From a virus: a stretch of 64,000 nt of DNA. The position numbers were made by a program, and so were the translations under genes. Positions 9,355-19,877 of this stretch are shown piece by piece (positions within the stretch are counted from its first letter, which is position 1; each line of letters opens with the position of its first letter). The stretch is taken from positions 1 to 64,000 of IMG/VR virus record IMGVR_UViG_3300022843_000001. One strand, given 5' to 3'. Below the pieces are notes generated by a model, which was not told where the DNA came from, ran no database searches, and saw nothing but the letters and a program-made list of their open reading frames with translations.

Positions 9355-10275
9355 TTATACAAGACCGCCGTAATATGTTCCCAACCCAGAAGGAAATGAA
9401 ACATTACCTGTTCGATATATTGCATTATTGCTGGCACCACCGCTGCCTCCGGACCAGGTCGCTGATGCGCCTGAAGAACCCCCGACACCGAGTGCACCGC
9501 CATTTCCACCAGCACCACCGTATCTGCCAGTTGTTGTAGCACACGAATCTTCTAGCACATATCCGACAGCACCACCTGATGTTGATAGAGCCATGTTACC
9601 TCCATTTCCGTATCCGCCACGGCCGCCATTAGCGTATCCGTATGCCCCATTAGCGCAAGGTACACCATATCCTCCCGAGAAAGCGCCACTACTTGGGTTT
9701 TTGGTTCTAGGTACATAGTAGGCATTTGTATGTGCAGCGATAACTCTGATTCTTCCACCACCGCCACCGCCACCGCCACCCGCGGCGATATAGTTGTTAT
9801 TATACACAAAAAGATTATTTCGAGTTGTAGACCCTCTAAAGATTGCGCCAGGACCACCTGGCCCGCCGTTGCCTCCTGATGATGATGTACCGCCTGCGCC
9901 TTGTGCGCCTTGTGCTCCTCGAACGTTACCATTAAGTTGAATTGTAACTTTCCAATGATTGGCGAGATTACCCGTGTCAAATGCCCAATTGCTCGATGAT
10001 GTACCGTATGCATCACTAGTCAAGGTCACAACAATCTCTCCAGTAGAATCCAGTGCGGCAAAAGCGGCATTGGCGGCTAGATTAAAATTTGGACCCATCG
10101 ATATCGTTAGTGTTTGTGGACCCTGAGCACTATAGAATTGATTAGCACTAATTACACCCGATGTAGGTATCTGAGAATCTTTTCCATAATATTCAGATAT
10201 AGAAATAGGGTTTGTGCCGCCCATTTCCGTTTGTATGTCTGTAAAAGACAATGTACCAGACGAAGCAATAGGCAT
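9355..10275 (-). CDS. gp38: Glycine-rich tail fibre adhesin, T2/T6 gp38-like
   Basis: N-term PIASSGTLSFTDIQTEMGGTNPISISEYYG; poly-Gly GGGGGGGGG motifs; follows chaperone-tipped fibre. Confidence 0.7.
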   Translation of the reverse strand: MPIASSGTLSFTDIQTEMGGTNPISISEYYGKDSQIPTSGVISANQFYSAQGPQTLTISMGPNFNLAANAAFAALDSTGEIVVTLTSDAYGTSSSNWAFDTGNLANHWKVTIQLNGNVRGAQGAQGAGGTSSSGGNGGPGGPGAIFRGSTTRNNLFVYNNNYIAAGGGGGGGGGRIRVIAAHTNAYYVPRTKNPSSGAFSGGYGVPCANGAYGYANGGRGGYGNGGNMALSTSGGAVGYVLEDSCATTTGRYGGAGGNGGALGVGGSSGASATWSGGSGGASNNAIYRTGNVSFPSGLGTYYGGLV

Positions 10276-12995
10276 TACTTATTCTCCAATATCTTAATTT
10301 TAGAGTTAAGTTCTTTTACGGCTTCTATCAACACGGCCACTAGTTTATCATATGATACCGTTTTATATGAATCGCCATCGATTTCAATCGACTCAGAAAC
10401 TATTTCAGGAAACACAGCTTCAACTTGATCAGCAAGAACACCAATGTCCTTAGTACCTGCTTTACATTCCGTATGAGCAATGCCAGATTTCCATGTGAAA
10501 TCAACACCATCTAGTTGCATTAGTTTTTCGATAGGACTTTCTATTTTACCTATAACATCTTTTAATCTTGGGTCTGAATAAGCAGTAAGATTACCTGCGG
10601 CAACCATATCTCCATTTGCACTACTATACCACGACCATGCAGCTCGACTCCATCCACCTAAACCAAAAGTTCCGTCATTACGCACACCCAATTTAATACC
10701 GTAGGAATTATTATGAAAAGATAATCCTGCTAGTTCACTATCACCGGTGCCATTCGATTTACATGTGAAACTTCCATTAGCGATGGTATTATTAAGAGCA
10801 ACATTCAAGCCGGAAGTTATTCCCGTTATATGATTGTTCTGGTTGTTACTAGATAAGTATGTAGCATTGGTTGATTGACTTACAGATGCAGTCAGGGTAA
10901 CATCACCCGAACCGTCTATAGAAACCGTACCCGTTGCATTTCCACCCAAAGAAATAGATCGTGCAGTTGCCCATGCAGATGCAGTTGATGCATTACCTAC
11001 AAGTGCAGCAGTAACCGTGGTGCCCGTCATTGAAGTAAATCCTACAGTACCCGTGAAGGTAGGAGACGCGGATTTTACTAAACTTGATGTACCTGTAACC
11101 GAGGTCGTTCCTGTTCCACCACGGGTTGTTGGTAAAGTGCCCGAAGATATTGCAGTAGCGGCAAGGCCTGAAATTGTTCCACCTGAGTGATTATGCGAAT
11201 TGTCAGCAACAACCAACGACACATCACTCACATCTGCACTTCCATCGATTGTAAAGTTACCGGTGACATCACCTGTGGCAAAAGTTACAGTTCGTGCAGT
11301 TGTCCATTTAAGAGCGGTGTTTGCTTGATCACCAAGTTGCATATATCGATTATCAAGATCGGCCGATGCTATCGTGGAGATATGACCAAACGTGTCAAGG
11401 GTTATATCTTGTATAACATTACCAGCCGAATTATTGACTGAACCTTGTGAACTTGTATCTGCGTGAGCAATTTCCAATACAAACGCGGGTTCTGTTGAAT
11501 CGGTATAATTAACTACGATACCAGAACCGCTAGATATTTGTAATGTATCATTACTATCCAAGGCAACAGAAGTTGTGTCACCGTCGGTTAGAGTTAATAC
11601 TGTGTCGATGCCCTCGCGCATTACATTATGCACAATTCCTGCAATAGCATCATCTACAGGAGTTACAGTAGTCCAGCGATTGCCCGTTTCATCCCACAAT
11701 AAAGAAGCATTTGTGTAAATGCCACGTTCTAATTCAATTCCACCTGACTCTGTAGGTACGCCAACTACGTCATTATTCAATACAATAGTATTGTCTGCTA
11801 CATTGATTGTGTTGCTATTTACAGTAGTTGTAGTACCGTTAACAGTAAGATTTCCGCCTACAACCAAATGACTGCTAATGTCTAATATACCAGTGATATC
11901 GGTATTACCGACAATGTTTGTCGCGGCATTAATATCGACAATGTTTGTCGCGGCATCAATTACTAGATTGCCAGTTGTTGTGGTTAATGTATTATCTGTG
12001 GTAACACCTGTAGTGATATTACCTGCAGTAAGACCAGAAACAATTGGATTTGCAACTAGGCCGATTGTTACATCAGATGTCTCAACATTATTTGATGATA
12101 CGGTAGTTTGATTAGCTGTTGCAATTATTTGTTTAACATAAGCGCCAGTTGATTGTGTTCCAAGAGCGACAGCATTGGCCTGAATGGCTGTATCGAAAGT
12201 CTGTGTAACCGAATCCCATACTACATCAACACCAGTTTCTGTGTTGTTGGCAAACAATTCAAAAGCGTTAAGTCGTGTAACCATTTTACTTGTGGTAGCG
12301 ACTTCTGCCGCGTCAACACCATTAACTACTTTGACGTACCAATCTCGAAGCGTCTCGTCCCATTCGAGGCCACTGGTTAATCTAGGAGTTCCGTAAGTAC
12401 CACGAGAAATAAGAACACCACCAGAAATTGCAGTAGCTGCCGTAATGTCACCAAGTCGAATGTAACTCGTGTTTATAGCAAGAGTCCCCGTGGCCGAAGG
12501 TACTTTCAAAGTACCGTTCGTCATATCGAGTGTTCCATTGAATGTGACTGTTTTTGTTGATGGATAAACTAAATCACTATTTAAAGTCTGTGAAGTAGTT
12601 GATAATAATTCTAATTTACCTACCAAAGAAGCATTGACTACGTTTACAATATCGTCAACCGCAGTACCAGCATCAGAAAGAGTAACTGTATTACCCGCAG
12701 ATACCTGAACAACTTCCCCTGATTGAAATGTTCCGACAATATCTGTGATGCATATTTCCGCAACTTGGGTAACAGTAACAACACCTGCCACAACACCAGT
12801 TGCGCCAGAAGTCAAACCAGTCACTACATTTCCATGAACTATTGCACCTGCCAAAGAAGCAACCGTATGAGTAAAAACCTTTGCATTCTCGGGATGTTTC
12901 ATGGATGATAGATCACCCATTCCAATAGAAATATTGTTGGAATTGATTCTCAATTCATCAAGAGAGTTAGTCTTTGCTGTGGATATTACGGTCAT
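10275..12995 (-). CDS. Long tail fibre with C-terminal S74 intramolecular chaperone (gp37-like)
   Basis: WATARSISLGGNATGTVSIDGSGDVTL repeats; YSDPRLKD..GVLADQVEAVFPE..VSYDKLVAVLIEAVKEL. Confidence 0.85.
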   Translation of the reverse strand: MTVISTAKTNSLDELRINSNNISIGMGDLSSMKHPENAKVFTHTVASLAGAIVHGNVVTGLTSGATGVVAGVVTVTQVAEICITDIVGTFQSGEVVQVSAGNTVTLSDAGTAVDDIVNVVNASLVGKLELLSTTSQTLNSDLVYPSTKTVTFNGTLDMTNGTLKVPSATGTLAINTSYIRLGDITAATAISGGVLISRGTYGTPRLTSGLEWDETLRDWYVKVVNGVDAAEVATTSKMVTRLNAFELFANNTETGVDVVWDSVTQTFDTAIQANAVALGTQSTGAYVKQIIATANQTTVSSNNVETSDVTIGLVANPIVSGLTAGNITTGVTTDNTLTTTTGNLVIDAATNIVDINAATNIVGNTDITGILDISSHLVVGGNLTVNGTTTTVNSNTINVADNTIVLNNDVVGVPTESGGIELERGIYTNASLLWDETGNRWTTVTPVDDAIAGIVHNVMREGIDTVLTLTDGDTTSVALDSNDTLQISSGSGIVVNYTDSTEPAFVLEIAHADTSSQGSVNNSAGNVIQDITLDTFGHISTIASADLDNRYMQLGDQANTALKWTTARTVTFATGDVTGNFTIDGSADVSDVSLVVADNSHNHSGGTISGLAATAISSGTLPTTRGGTGTTSVTGTSSLVKSASPTFTGTVGFTSMTGTTVTAALVGNASTASAWATARSISLGGNATGTVSIDGSGDVTLTASVSQSTNATYLSSNNQNNHITGITSGLNVALNNTIANGSFTCKSNGTGDSELAGLSFHNNSYGIKLGVRNDGTFGLGGWSRAAWSWYSSANGDMVAAGNLTAYSDPRLKDVIGKIESPIEKLMQLDGVDFTWKSGIAHTECKAGTKDIGVLADQVEAVFPEIVSESIEIDGDSYKTVSYDKLVAVLIEAVKELNSKIKILENK

Positions 12996-13243
12996 TATTT
13001 AGCACTCTTCTGCGTTTTTGGTTTATTTGAACTATTTATAATGCTTTCGATCATACCTCGCAATTCATCAACTTCGGCTCGAAGTGATAACAATTCATTA
13101 TCCTTTGCCTTAATGGCAGCTTTCCTTTGTTGGAATTGAGCAAAGGATTTCTGATTTGTGTTGACAATAGCGCCAGTGCTAGCATCTCTTTCGAGATCAG
13201 ATTCTCCTTGTACCTTTAATTTCTTACTCATTTTATTACCCAA
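12995..13243 (-). CDS. Small virion protein (coiled coil)
   Basis: LERDASTGAIVN motif, coupled to flanking genes. Confidence 0.65.
   Translation of the reverse strand: MGNKMSKKLKVQGESDLERDASTGAIVNTNQKSFAQFQQRKAAIKAKDNELLSLRAEVDELRGMIESIINSSNKPKTQKSAK
13033..13040 (-). promoter_or_regulatory. T4-type late promoter TATAAATA for long tail fibre
   Basis: Exact box 38 nt upstream of 12995 ATG. Confidence 0.55.
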
Positions 13244-16200
13244 ATAATGCGATTGTTCGGAATTCCTTAATTTGAGGAACCTTAGCAGAATTGTTACTTG
13301 TCAAGACGATCTTTAATTGTATCGCGCTGAATACGGAAGCAAAGGAATCACCTGCCGCAAGGCCTGAAACATCCTGTGCAGCAACTCCATTTTCGAAATC
13401 ATATTCAATTTCAGTAAAGAGAGAAGCATCATCATTGGCCAAGGGAGCTCCACCAAGAGGATAAGCTCGAATCCATGGTTGTTCATTGAAGATCAAAGTG
13501 TCTTCTTCATCAACTCTATAATACAAATCGATGTTAGTTCCTAATGGACGATTAACTACCATCCAAGCCTTAAAACCATTAGCACTTTGTTCGAAAGTTA
13601 TCTTTCTTGTCATGTATCGACTTAATGCTGAGTTATCTGTAGGGTTTAATTCGTCAATGTATCTAGAAGTTGTACCATCAAGCTCTTTGTAAACTCGATC
13701 ATTGACACCTACAGTATACGAGTCTTCATCGACTGGTTGATTAATTCGGTTGTTGACTGTAATTACAGACATACGTTCTTTGTCCAATACTGGAGACAAG
13801 TTAGAATTAACAGAAGTCATGACACCTTTAAGATAAAAACTTCTTGCATTTCCTACGGGTTGATTATTAGTATGAGGTATAACCTGTGGAGTTGTTTCTA
13901 CTAAACTGGTATTTTCTAATAATCCTATATACGATGTAGCAGGATTATAAGGTTTTGCAGATTCACTAGAAGATTTCTTCTCCCAAGCAATAGCCGTGTT
14001 AGGCAAAATAATTGACTGTATTTGTGTCTGCATCAATTCGAATTTTCTATTCTCTGTTGCATTCACAACAATGCCGCCACCTGTTGCGGTAGAAGTTGCA
14101 GCACTGCCTGGTACGATAACATAAAAATCAGGTTCAACTTTTGATATTACATGATCACCATTTATTGTTAATCCACCCGTTGCAGTCGCCCCTGTTATAG
14201 AAACAGTATCGCCGATATTCATTCCGTGGTTTCTGTGTGATACTCTAACATCGGTTTTTGTGTTAACTGCTTCGATAGGGTCTTTGCCCAACAATTTAGC
14301 AGGTACTTCCTTGTTTACCAAAGTAACAAGTCCGGTTGCCGAAGTGTCGAATGCAGCACGATATATCGTGAATTTTAAATCCTTAAATTGATCTGAATGC
14401 CATGCGGTCCCGTTGGCAGATTTAAATAATACACCAAGGGCAGGTTGCTTTGCAATACGGTAATTAGCATTCGTAACGTCAAATTTACCTAGTTCTGATA
14501 CCCATGCTTCATATTCTGTATTGTCTGCTTTCAGTACAAGGGCGTATTCAATACCGTCCTTTAAATAAACAGGGTCATTAAAGGTAAAAGTTGTTGGAGT
14601 TACTGCCGTTTCAGAAACACTAACGTCTGCAGAAGTCAATGAAGCTTCGGCAATTATTTCTGCTGTAGGATAACCATTCACAACTGTTCTAATTTGCGCC
14701 AACACAACACTAGTAGTTGTTGCCGATTTAGTTTTAAAGAAGGCGTCGATCATCGTAACAAAAGCACCTCCAACTTCATTTATTATAAATGTTTGTGCCA
14801 ATGGATCTCTACCACCGCCACCGCCACCGCCACCGAAAGTTTGTATATTCTGACTACTAATAGATCTGTTGACTGTAACAATAGTTCGATTTTGAGAAAT
14901 TTCAGTTTCTTCGAATGTTGGCACCTTAGTACTTATTACAGTACCTTCAACCGCCTTTAATAATCCTTGTGCAGCATAAGAATTACTTGCCGTAGAAGAT
15001 TCAAACTCATCGTTGTTGTCAGCTTCGTCTGTTAATTTAACTTCGCGCTGGCCTGTTTTAAAAGTATGTGTCGTATTTGAAGGTACGATAAATGAACCCC
15101 AAATTTCGCCATCAGCACTTGTAATTAACTCTGTTGTAGTCTCTGGATGGCTTGTAAATCCTTTATACGAAGTATCGATATTAGAACCATTTGCCTGACC
15201 TGCATTCCAAGTAGCATAAGTAGAAGAAGATTCATTTTTTGCATAGTCAGTAAGATCAATGCCGTCAAAATACAAATACATAGTTGTGCTAGGTTTTAGT
15301 CGGTTAGCATAAAAGAAAACCTTTCTTGATCTCATAAAAGGAATAAAGTTTATATTAACAACTTTATCACCAAGATCTTTTTCAACCGTTTCATGACTAA
15401 TATTAGTCCGAATACCTGTATTGGTTTGTCGACTGGTTGTTGTGTTAGTAGTCGTAGTTGTAAGTGCATTTTGGTTACGAGTTGTTCGACTATTAGAATC
15501 AGTACCCGCCCAAGTTGTTTGCCAAGCATTCCATTCTGTACCAAGCACACCTGCTTTATCAGCAAGAAATTTCATAGCATCATAAACACCAGTCTCATTA
15601 ATAACTACCTGAGGTCTAGTTTCTGTGTCTATCCAATCATCTGTTGCTGGTGATAATTTTAGATTACCTGCATAATCAAATACCAAATAAGGCATCAGAT
15701 TTTCTACACCAGAAGCGTATGGTTGTGTAATTGAAGCAACCATACCAGTTAAATCTGCTCTGCCTGATGTAGTAATAGTATTATCGTAAGGCAGTGTTAT
15801 AATAGTCTCATGTTGCTTGATACCTGCAATATTGCTTGATACATCAACCTTCAACGAAATTGCATCTTGGTGAAAGTGAGGACGAAGTATTCCTTCTTGA
15901 ATGTCCATTGCAATTTTATAATCTGTGCTGGTAACGTCTCCTACACTATGACCGTTGAAGTTATCTACAACAAAGCCATTTTTAAATCGTTCCACACCGG
16001 AAGCATCCAGAGTAGAAGCAGACAATACACTCTGCTCTAATAATGACAAGGTTGTGTAATACTCTAGATTTTTTACGCGTTTGTCCAATTTGCCAATATC
16101 ACTCATAGTGTATCGACGATTGTTAATGATTCGTGGACGAACATCAGATAAAGCGCCTGTGTATGGAGCAATGTCTAATTCGTATAGAGTCATTGAATCT

Positions 16201-18446
16201 TCATTTGATTGTGGCGATTTTGGATCAATTGCTGATTCACCACGAACCACACCAAATTCTCCATTATCCTTGAGAAACAACTTATCTTTTCGTGCAAGAT
16301 AGATGTTGAAATCCATGATAGTAATTTGCCCAGGTGCAGCAACACTGCCTGGACTAACAAACGCTGTTCCAGCTTCGTTGATCGTAGGACGAAAGTCTAT
16401 AACGTCATGTAATGAGAAAAGACCCTTCGAAGATTCATATGATGGAATCTCGTCCCAAGTAATTTCCGATATACCTGCGTATGATGCAACAGTGAAGAAA
16501 TCACCCGCGCCATGAGAGAAGTAATCAAAAACGATTGTGATGCCTGCCGTGGGTGCAGGTGCACCATATTTTAATCGAATACGACCAACATCATAGAAGT
16601 TATCTCTTTGTCCATTATCAAGACTGTAACGTTCAGTAATATCTTGACCACCCATTGTAACACTCTTCAATTGATAAATGTCTGTTTTTGAGAGCGAATC
16701 ATGTGAACCTGCCACAAGATTAGGAGAAGCGATAGTTAATGACGAATCTACAACCATAGACTTAGTCTTAGGAGTTGCGACCGCGGCTTGTACTGCAACA
16801 TCGATGTATAGAATATAAGTTTCTGCTGCAACACTGCCATCCGTAAATGTAATGCCTTGATTTCCGCCAGTAAAAGCAGAAGTATAATTAACAATATCAC
16901 CTGTTGCTGTGTTACATAACACCGCCGCGGCTTTGTTAGTAAACAATTCGTTTGCACCCGATGTGCTGAATGAAACACTTGTTCCAGCAGAACCAGTTCC
17001 TGTAAACGTTTTGCTTAGGTAAGTAGTTGTTGTATTAACATCAATTGATTCAATATTACTATACGCTAATGGAAACAAAGCAATATTATTTCCGCTGTCA
17101 TTAAGAATACCTGCATTCGCACCTAAAGTAGCAAGGAATGGAAATGTGCCAGAATGTTTAATAAACCCTATGTCACTTTTAAGTTGACCCGCATTCATTT
17201 TAATATCGAAAAGATAAAGATTGTATACACCAGAGACACCTGTGTATTCCATATTTCGAATTCGTGCAGAGCCGATGTTTGCGTTATTTGCCGCGTTATG
17301 TAATTCGACAGGAACAAGACTTAAAACGTGATTAATGTTACCGCTCATTGCAGTGGTGGTAACATAATTACCGTATAGAATTGGCGTTGCGGAGTTTCCT
17401 ACAGCAGATATATCTGCCGCTGATCTTGATCTATCGATATCAATATAAGTTGGAGAAATTGTTTCAATGCGAGTACCGTTAACATATGCAACCGAAGGTT
17501 CAAGTACAGTCTGTAGTTTAGCCGCGTCAGATGGATGATCTCTCATTGATATTTGAAAAGGTCGTAATGTATAATTACCAGATTCTTCAAATGTTCGCGT
17601 TGCAAGAATTTTTAGTAATTCGTTATATTCTGTGCCACGAGCTTCCAAGAGCAATGCTCCGTTTTCTATGTGCGCCAATTGAATGAATTTGTTTTCGGTA
17701 CGACTCGCCTCATCTACTGGTTGGGTTTTTAATACCAAAGTTATGTTGTATCTGTGAGCACCAGGTGCTGCTTGATTGGGAGAATTTGTAGCGTTATCTC
17801 CAAGAGTTGCATCTTCAGCAATAGTAATAACCGCTTCTGTTATAGCAAGAACAACTTTGATTGTTGGTACGTTTGAATATTTACCCACGACAACTGTTTG
17901 AGCACCCGAGTGTACAAAGTTACCATTGACAAAATATATTCCAGGTAATATATCATAGGTCGAAGCTTTACCAATTGGCGTTGTCGCGGCAGCACCAATC
18001 GTTGCTGCAACTCCACCTGTGATTGCAAGAACTTCATCTGCAATGAATAATTTTGCACCAGCAGAACCTGAAGTTGTATATTGAATATAGATTGTGTCTG
18101 GGTCAGAACCTGCAGCAGCAGTAGTTGTGATAACTTTCGCGGTAACACCAGTTCCAGCACCAGTAACTACGCTTCCTGCAACAATTGTTGCAAATGCGCC
18201 AGTTGTTACGGTGATTTTTGCGTAGTGGACATTTGTATCGAAAGTCGGGTCACCCCCTATTACTCTAGTTCCGTCTTTAAATACATGCTCTCCAAATCGA
18301 GCGACTTGATTTTGAAGTACGGTTTGTAATTGCGTTAACTCTCGGCCCTGCACAGCATGACCTGGGCGAAACAACATCCGAAGATAATTTTTAGTTTCGT
18401 CAAAATCATCATTATAAGGTGCTTGCGTATAGGTTCTTAATGTCAT
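13236..18446 (-). CDS. Large baseplate/virion structural protein (DUF4815, VrlC-like)
   Basis: APYNDDFDETKNYLRMLFRPGHAVQGRELTQLQ N-terminus; RFKNGFVVDNF; DPLAQTF motif; position after gp8. Confidence 0.9.
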   Translation of the reverse strand: MTLRTYTQAPYNDDFDETKNYLRMLFRPGHAVQGRELTQLQTVLQNQVARFGEHVFKDGTRVIGGDPTFDTNVHYAKITVTTGAFATIVAGSVVTGAGTGVTAKVITTTAAAGSDPDTIYIQYTTSGSAGAKLFIADEVLAITGGVAATIGAAATTPIGKASTYDILPGIYFVNGNFVHSGAQTVVVGKYSNVPTIKVVLAITEAVITIAEDATLGDNATNSPNQAAPGAHRYNITLVLKTQPVDEASRTENKFIQLAHIENGALLLEARGTEYNELLKILATRTFEESGNYTLRPFQISMRDHPSDAAKLQTVLEPSVAYVNGTRIETISPTYIDIDRSRSAADISAVGNSATPILYGNYVTTTAMSGNINHVLSLVPVELHNAANNANIGSARIRNMEYTGVSGVYNLYLFDIKMNAGQLKSDIGFIKHSGTFPFLATLGANAGILNDSGNNIALFPLAYSNIESIDVNTTTTYLSKTFTGTGSAGTSVSFSTSGANELFTNKAAAVLCNTATGDIVNYTSAFTGGNQGITFTDGSVAAETYILYIDVAVQAAVATPKTKSMVVDSSLTIASPNLVAGSHDSLSKTDIYQLKSVTMGGQDITERYSLDNGQRDNFYDVGRIRLKYGAPAPTAGITIVFDYFSHGAGDFFTVASYAGISEITWDEIPSYESSKGLFSLHDVIDFRPTINEAGTAFVSPGSVAAPGQITIMDFNIYLARKDKLFLKDNGEFGVVRGESAIDPKSPQSNEDSMTLYELDIAPYTGALSDVRPRIINNRRYTMSDIGKLDKRVKNLEYYTTLSLLEQSVLSASTLDASGVERFKNGFVVDNFNGHSVGDVTSTDYKIAMDIQEGILRPHFHQDAISLKVDVSSNIAGIKQHETIITLPYDNTITTSGRADLTGMVASITQPYASGVENLMPYLVFDYAGNLKLSPATDDWIDTETRPQVVINETGVYDAMKFLADKAGVLGTEWNAWQTTWAGTDSNSRTTRNQNALTTTTTNTTTSRQTNTGIRTNISHETVEKDLGDKVVNINFIPFMRSRKVFFYANRLKPSTTMYLYFDGIDLTDYAKNESSSTYATWNAGQANGSNIDTSYKGFTSHPETTTELITSADGEIWGSFIVPSNTTHTFKTGQREVKLTDEADNNDEFESSTASNSYAAQGLLKAVEGTVISTKVPTFEETEISQNRTIVTVNRSISSQNIQTFGGGGGGGGRDPLAQTFIINEVGGAFVTMIDAFFKTKSATTTSVVLAQIRTVVNGYPTAEIIAEASLTSADVSVSETAVTPTTFTFNDPVYLKDGIEYALVLKADNTEYEAWVSELGKFDVTNANYRIAKQPALGVLFKSANGTAWHSDQFKDLKFTIYRAAFDTSATGLVTLVNKEVPAKLLGKDPIEAVNTKTDVRVSHRNHGMNIGDTVSITGATATGGLTINGDHVISKVEPDFYVIVPGSAATSTATGGGIVVNATENRKFELMQTQIQSIILPNTAIAWEKKSSSESAKPYNPATSYIGLLENTSLVETTPQVIPHTNNQPVGNARSFYLKGVMTSVNSNLSPVLDKERMSVITVNNRINQPVDEDSYTVGVNDRVYKELDGTTSRYIDELNPTDNSALSRYMTRKITFEQSANGFKAWMVVNRPLGTNIDLYYRVDEEDTLIFNEQPWIRAYPLGGAPLANDDASLFTEIEYDFENGVAAQDVSGLAAGDSFASVFSAIQLKIVLTSNNSAKVPQIKEFRTIALFG

Positions 18447-18458
18447 TTTGGAATATTC

Positions 18459-19868
18459 CTAGAATTCAATTATGATTTTTACATCTTCAATTTGGGTAGT
18501 CGATCTGTTGACTGGGTCTCGATTTTCGATAAACAGAATATCTCCTGTGAATCTTTCATATTCTTCTGCCACAAGACTATTTATCGTGCCTGCGCCAGCA
18601 CCGGCAGTACCAGTACCTACCAACTTGGTAGTTGTCTCTGCTTGAAATGGTACCCAACCTGTCTTAAAGTTTTGGTGATACTTAATAACATTGGTTGCTG
18701 TGTTTACCGAATCGATAAACGCAATAGCTCCACTTGTATCACCTGTTATAACGTCACCCTTCACATAAACACTTGCATCTGCAACGTTTAGTGATTTAAG
18801 GCCAGAAAGTGTAGTGTCTGTTGCAATAACATCTGTCCCTTGATTCAATGGATTCTGAATTATTCCGACCTGACGAAAAGCATTGTCAGTGATAAAGTCA
18901 CCCGAGCCGTCACCGTATGTTAACTGTACATTAGTTGACATATAGAAAGCACCTAGATTTGCAACAGGATCTGAACCATGACCTTTACCTGGACTTAATA
19001 CTGCTCTTGCCGTAGCAACGGTGCCTGTATGTCCTGTATGAGTTATAGCAACATTTGCCTGTTCGTAATTGGCGCCGCGATTAGCAACTTGAACTTGAAT
19101 TTCTGTAATGACACCTGCAGTAATTGTAACATCGTCTGTAGCAACGGCCGAAACTACACTTGCCCCTGACCCGTTGCCCGTGATTGTAACTGCCAATCCT
19201 GTAAAATCGTAATCTGTTCCACCATCAACTACTACGATTCTATAAATCGACCCGTTGTTATTAGTTTCTGCCGCTTCTTGTGCATCCCATTGAGTTTTAT
19301 CATCGGGAACACCTGCCAAATCAACACCGTTGTTAGCACTAACGACCGTTTTTACAGGCATATAGTTTGTTGTGAGGAATTTATTTGCATCCGAGGCTTG
19401 TAGTGTATACATATACTTCCAAGTATAACCATCAGATTCTTTTACAGCATATGAAGTCTGAACATGAACTGGTTTAGTAACAACACCGGCCGACGCAGCT
19501 GTTACATTAACACAAGCATAGACTTTGAATTGATCTGTGACGCAATACCATGCTTTATCATAAATGTCAGCATCTTGGTCATCATAAGGAACAAATATTC
19601 CGCCAGATACCCAATTGTGTCGTGCATTAACGTGAGATATGTCACCAGTGATGATCTTTTTCATTGCGATCATGTTATCATGCACATCAGACTCTTCGTT
19701 GAGCGTGTCTAACGGCGTTGCAGGGTCGGCGACATCGGTTGTGTCGGTATAAGTATCCGACCATGCGTCTGACTTACCTATGTAGATGTAAGTTTTTCCA
19801 AGGTCGACCTGAGTTTTAAAATTGGCAGCGTTAGCAATTCTAAATTTGTTGGTTACTATAGCTGGCAT
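18459..19868 (-). CDS. gp8: Baseplate wedge subunit gp8
   Basis: MPAIVTNKFRIANA, DGYTWKYMYT, GDILFIENR..QIEDVKIIIEF. Confidence 0.9.
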   Translation of the reverse strand: MPAIVTNKFRIANAANFKTQVDLGKTYIYIGKSDAWSDTYTDTTDVADPATPLDTLNEESDVHDNMIAMKKIITGDISHVNARHNWVSGGIFVPYDDQDADIYDKAWYCVTDQFKVYACVNVTAASAGVVTKPVHVQTSYAVKESDGYTWKYMYTLQASDANKFLTTNYMPVKTVVSANNGVDLAGVPDDKTQWDAQEAAETNNNGSIYRIVVVDGGTDYDFTGLAVTITGNGSGASVVSAVATDDVTITAGVITEIQVQVANRGANYEQANVAITHTGHTGTVATARAVLSPGKGHGSDPVANLGAFYMSTNVQLTYGDGSGDFITDNAFRQVGIIQNPLNQGTDVIATDTTLSGLKSLNVADASVYVKGDVITGDTSGAIAFIDSVNTATNVIKYHQNFKTGWVPFQAETTTKLVGTGTAGAGAGTINSLVAEEYERFTGDILFIENRDPVNRSTTQIEDVKIIIEF

Positions 19869-19877
19869 TGTGTTCCT

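Noticed and set aside
9352-9359. Late promoter for the enzyme island
   Set aside because: TATAAATA is formed by the adhesin stop codon and abuts the ATG with no spacer; may be coincidental
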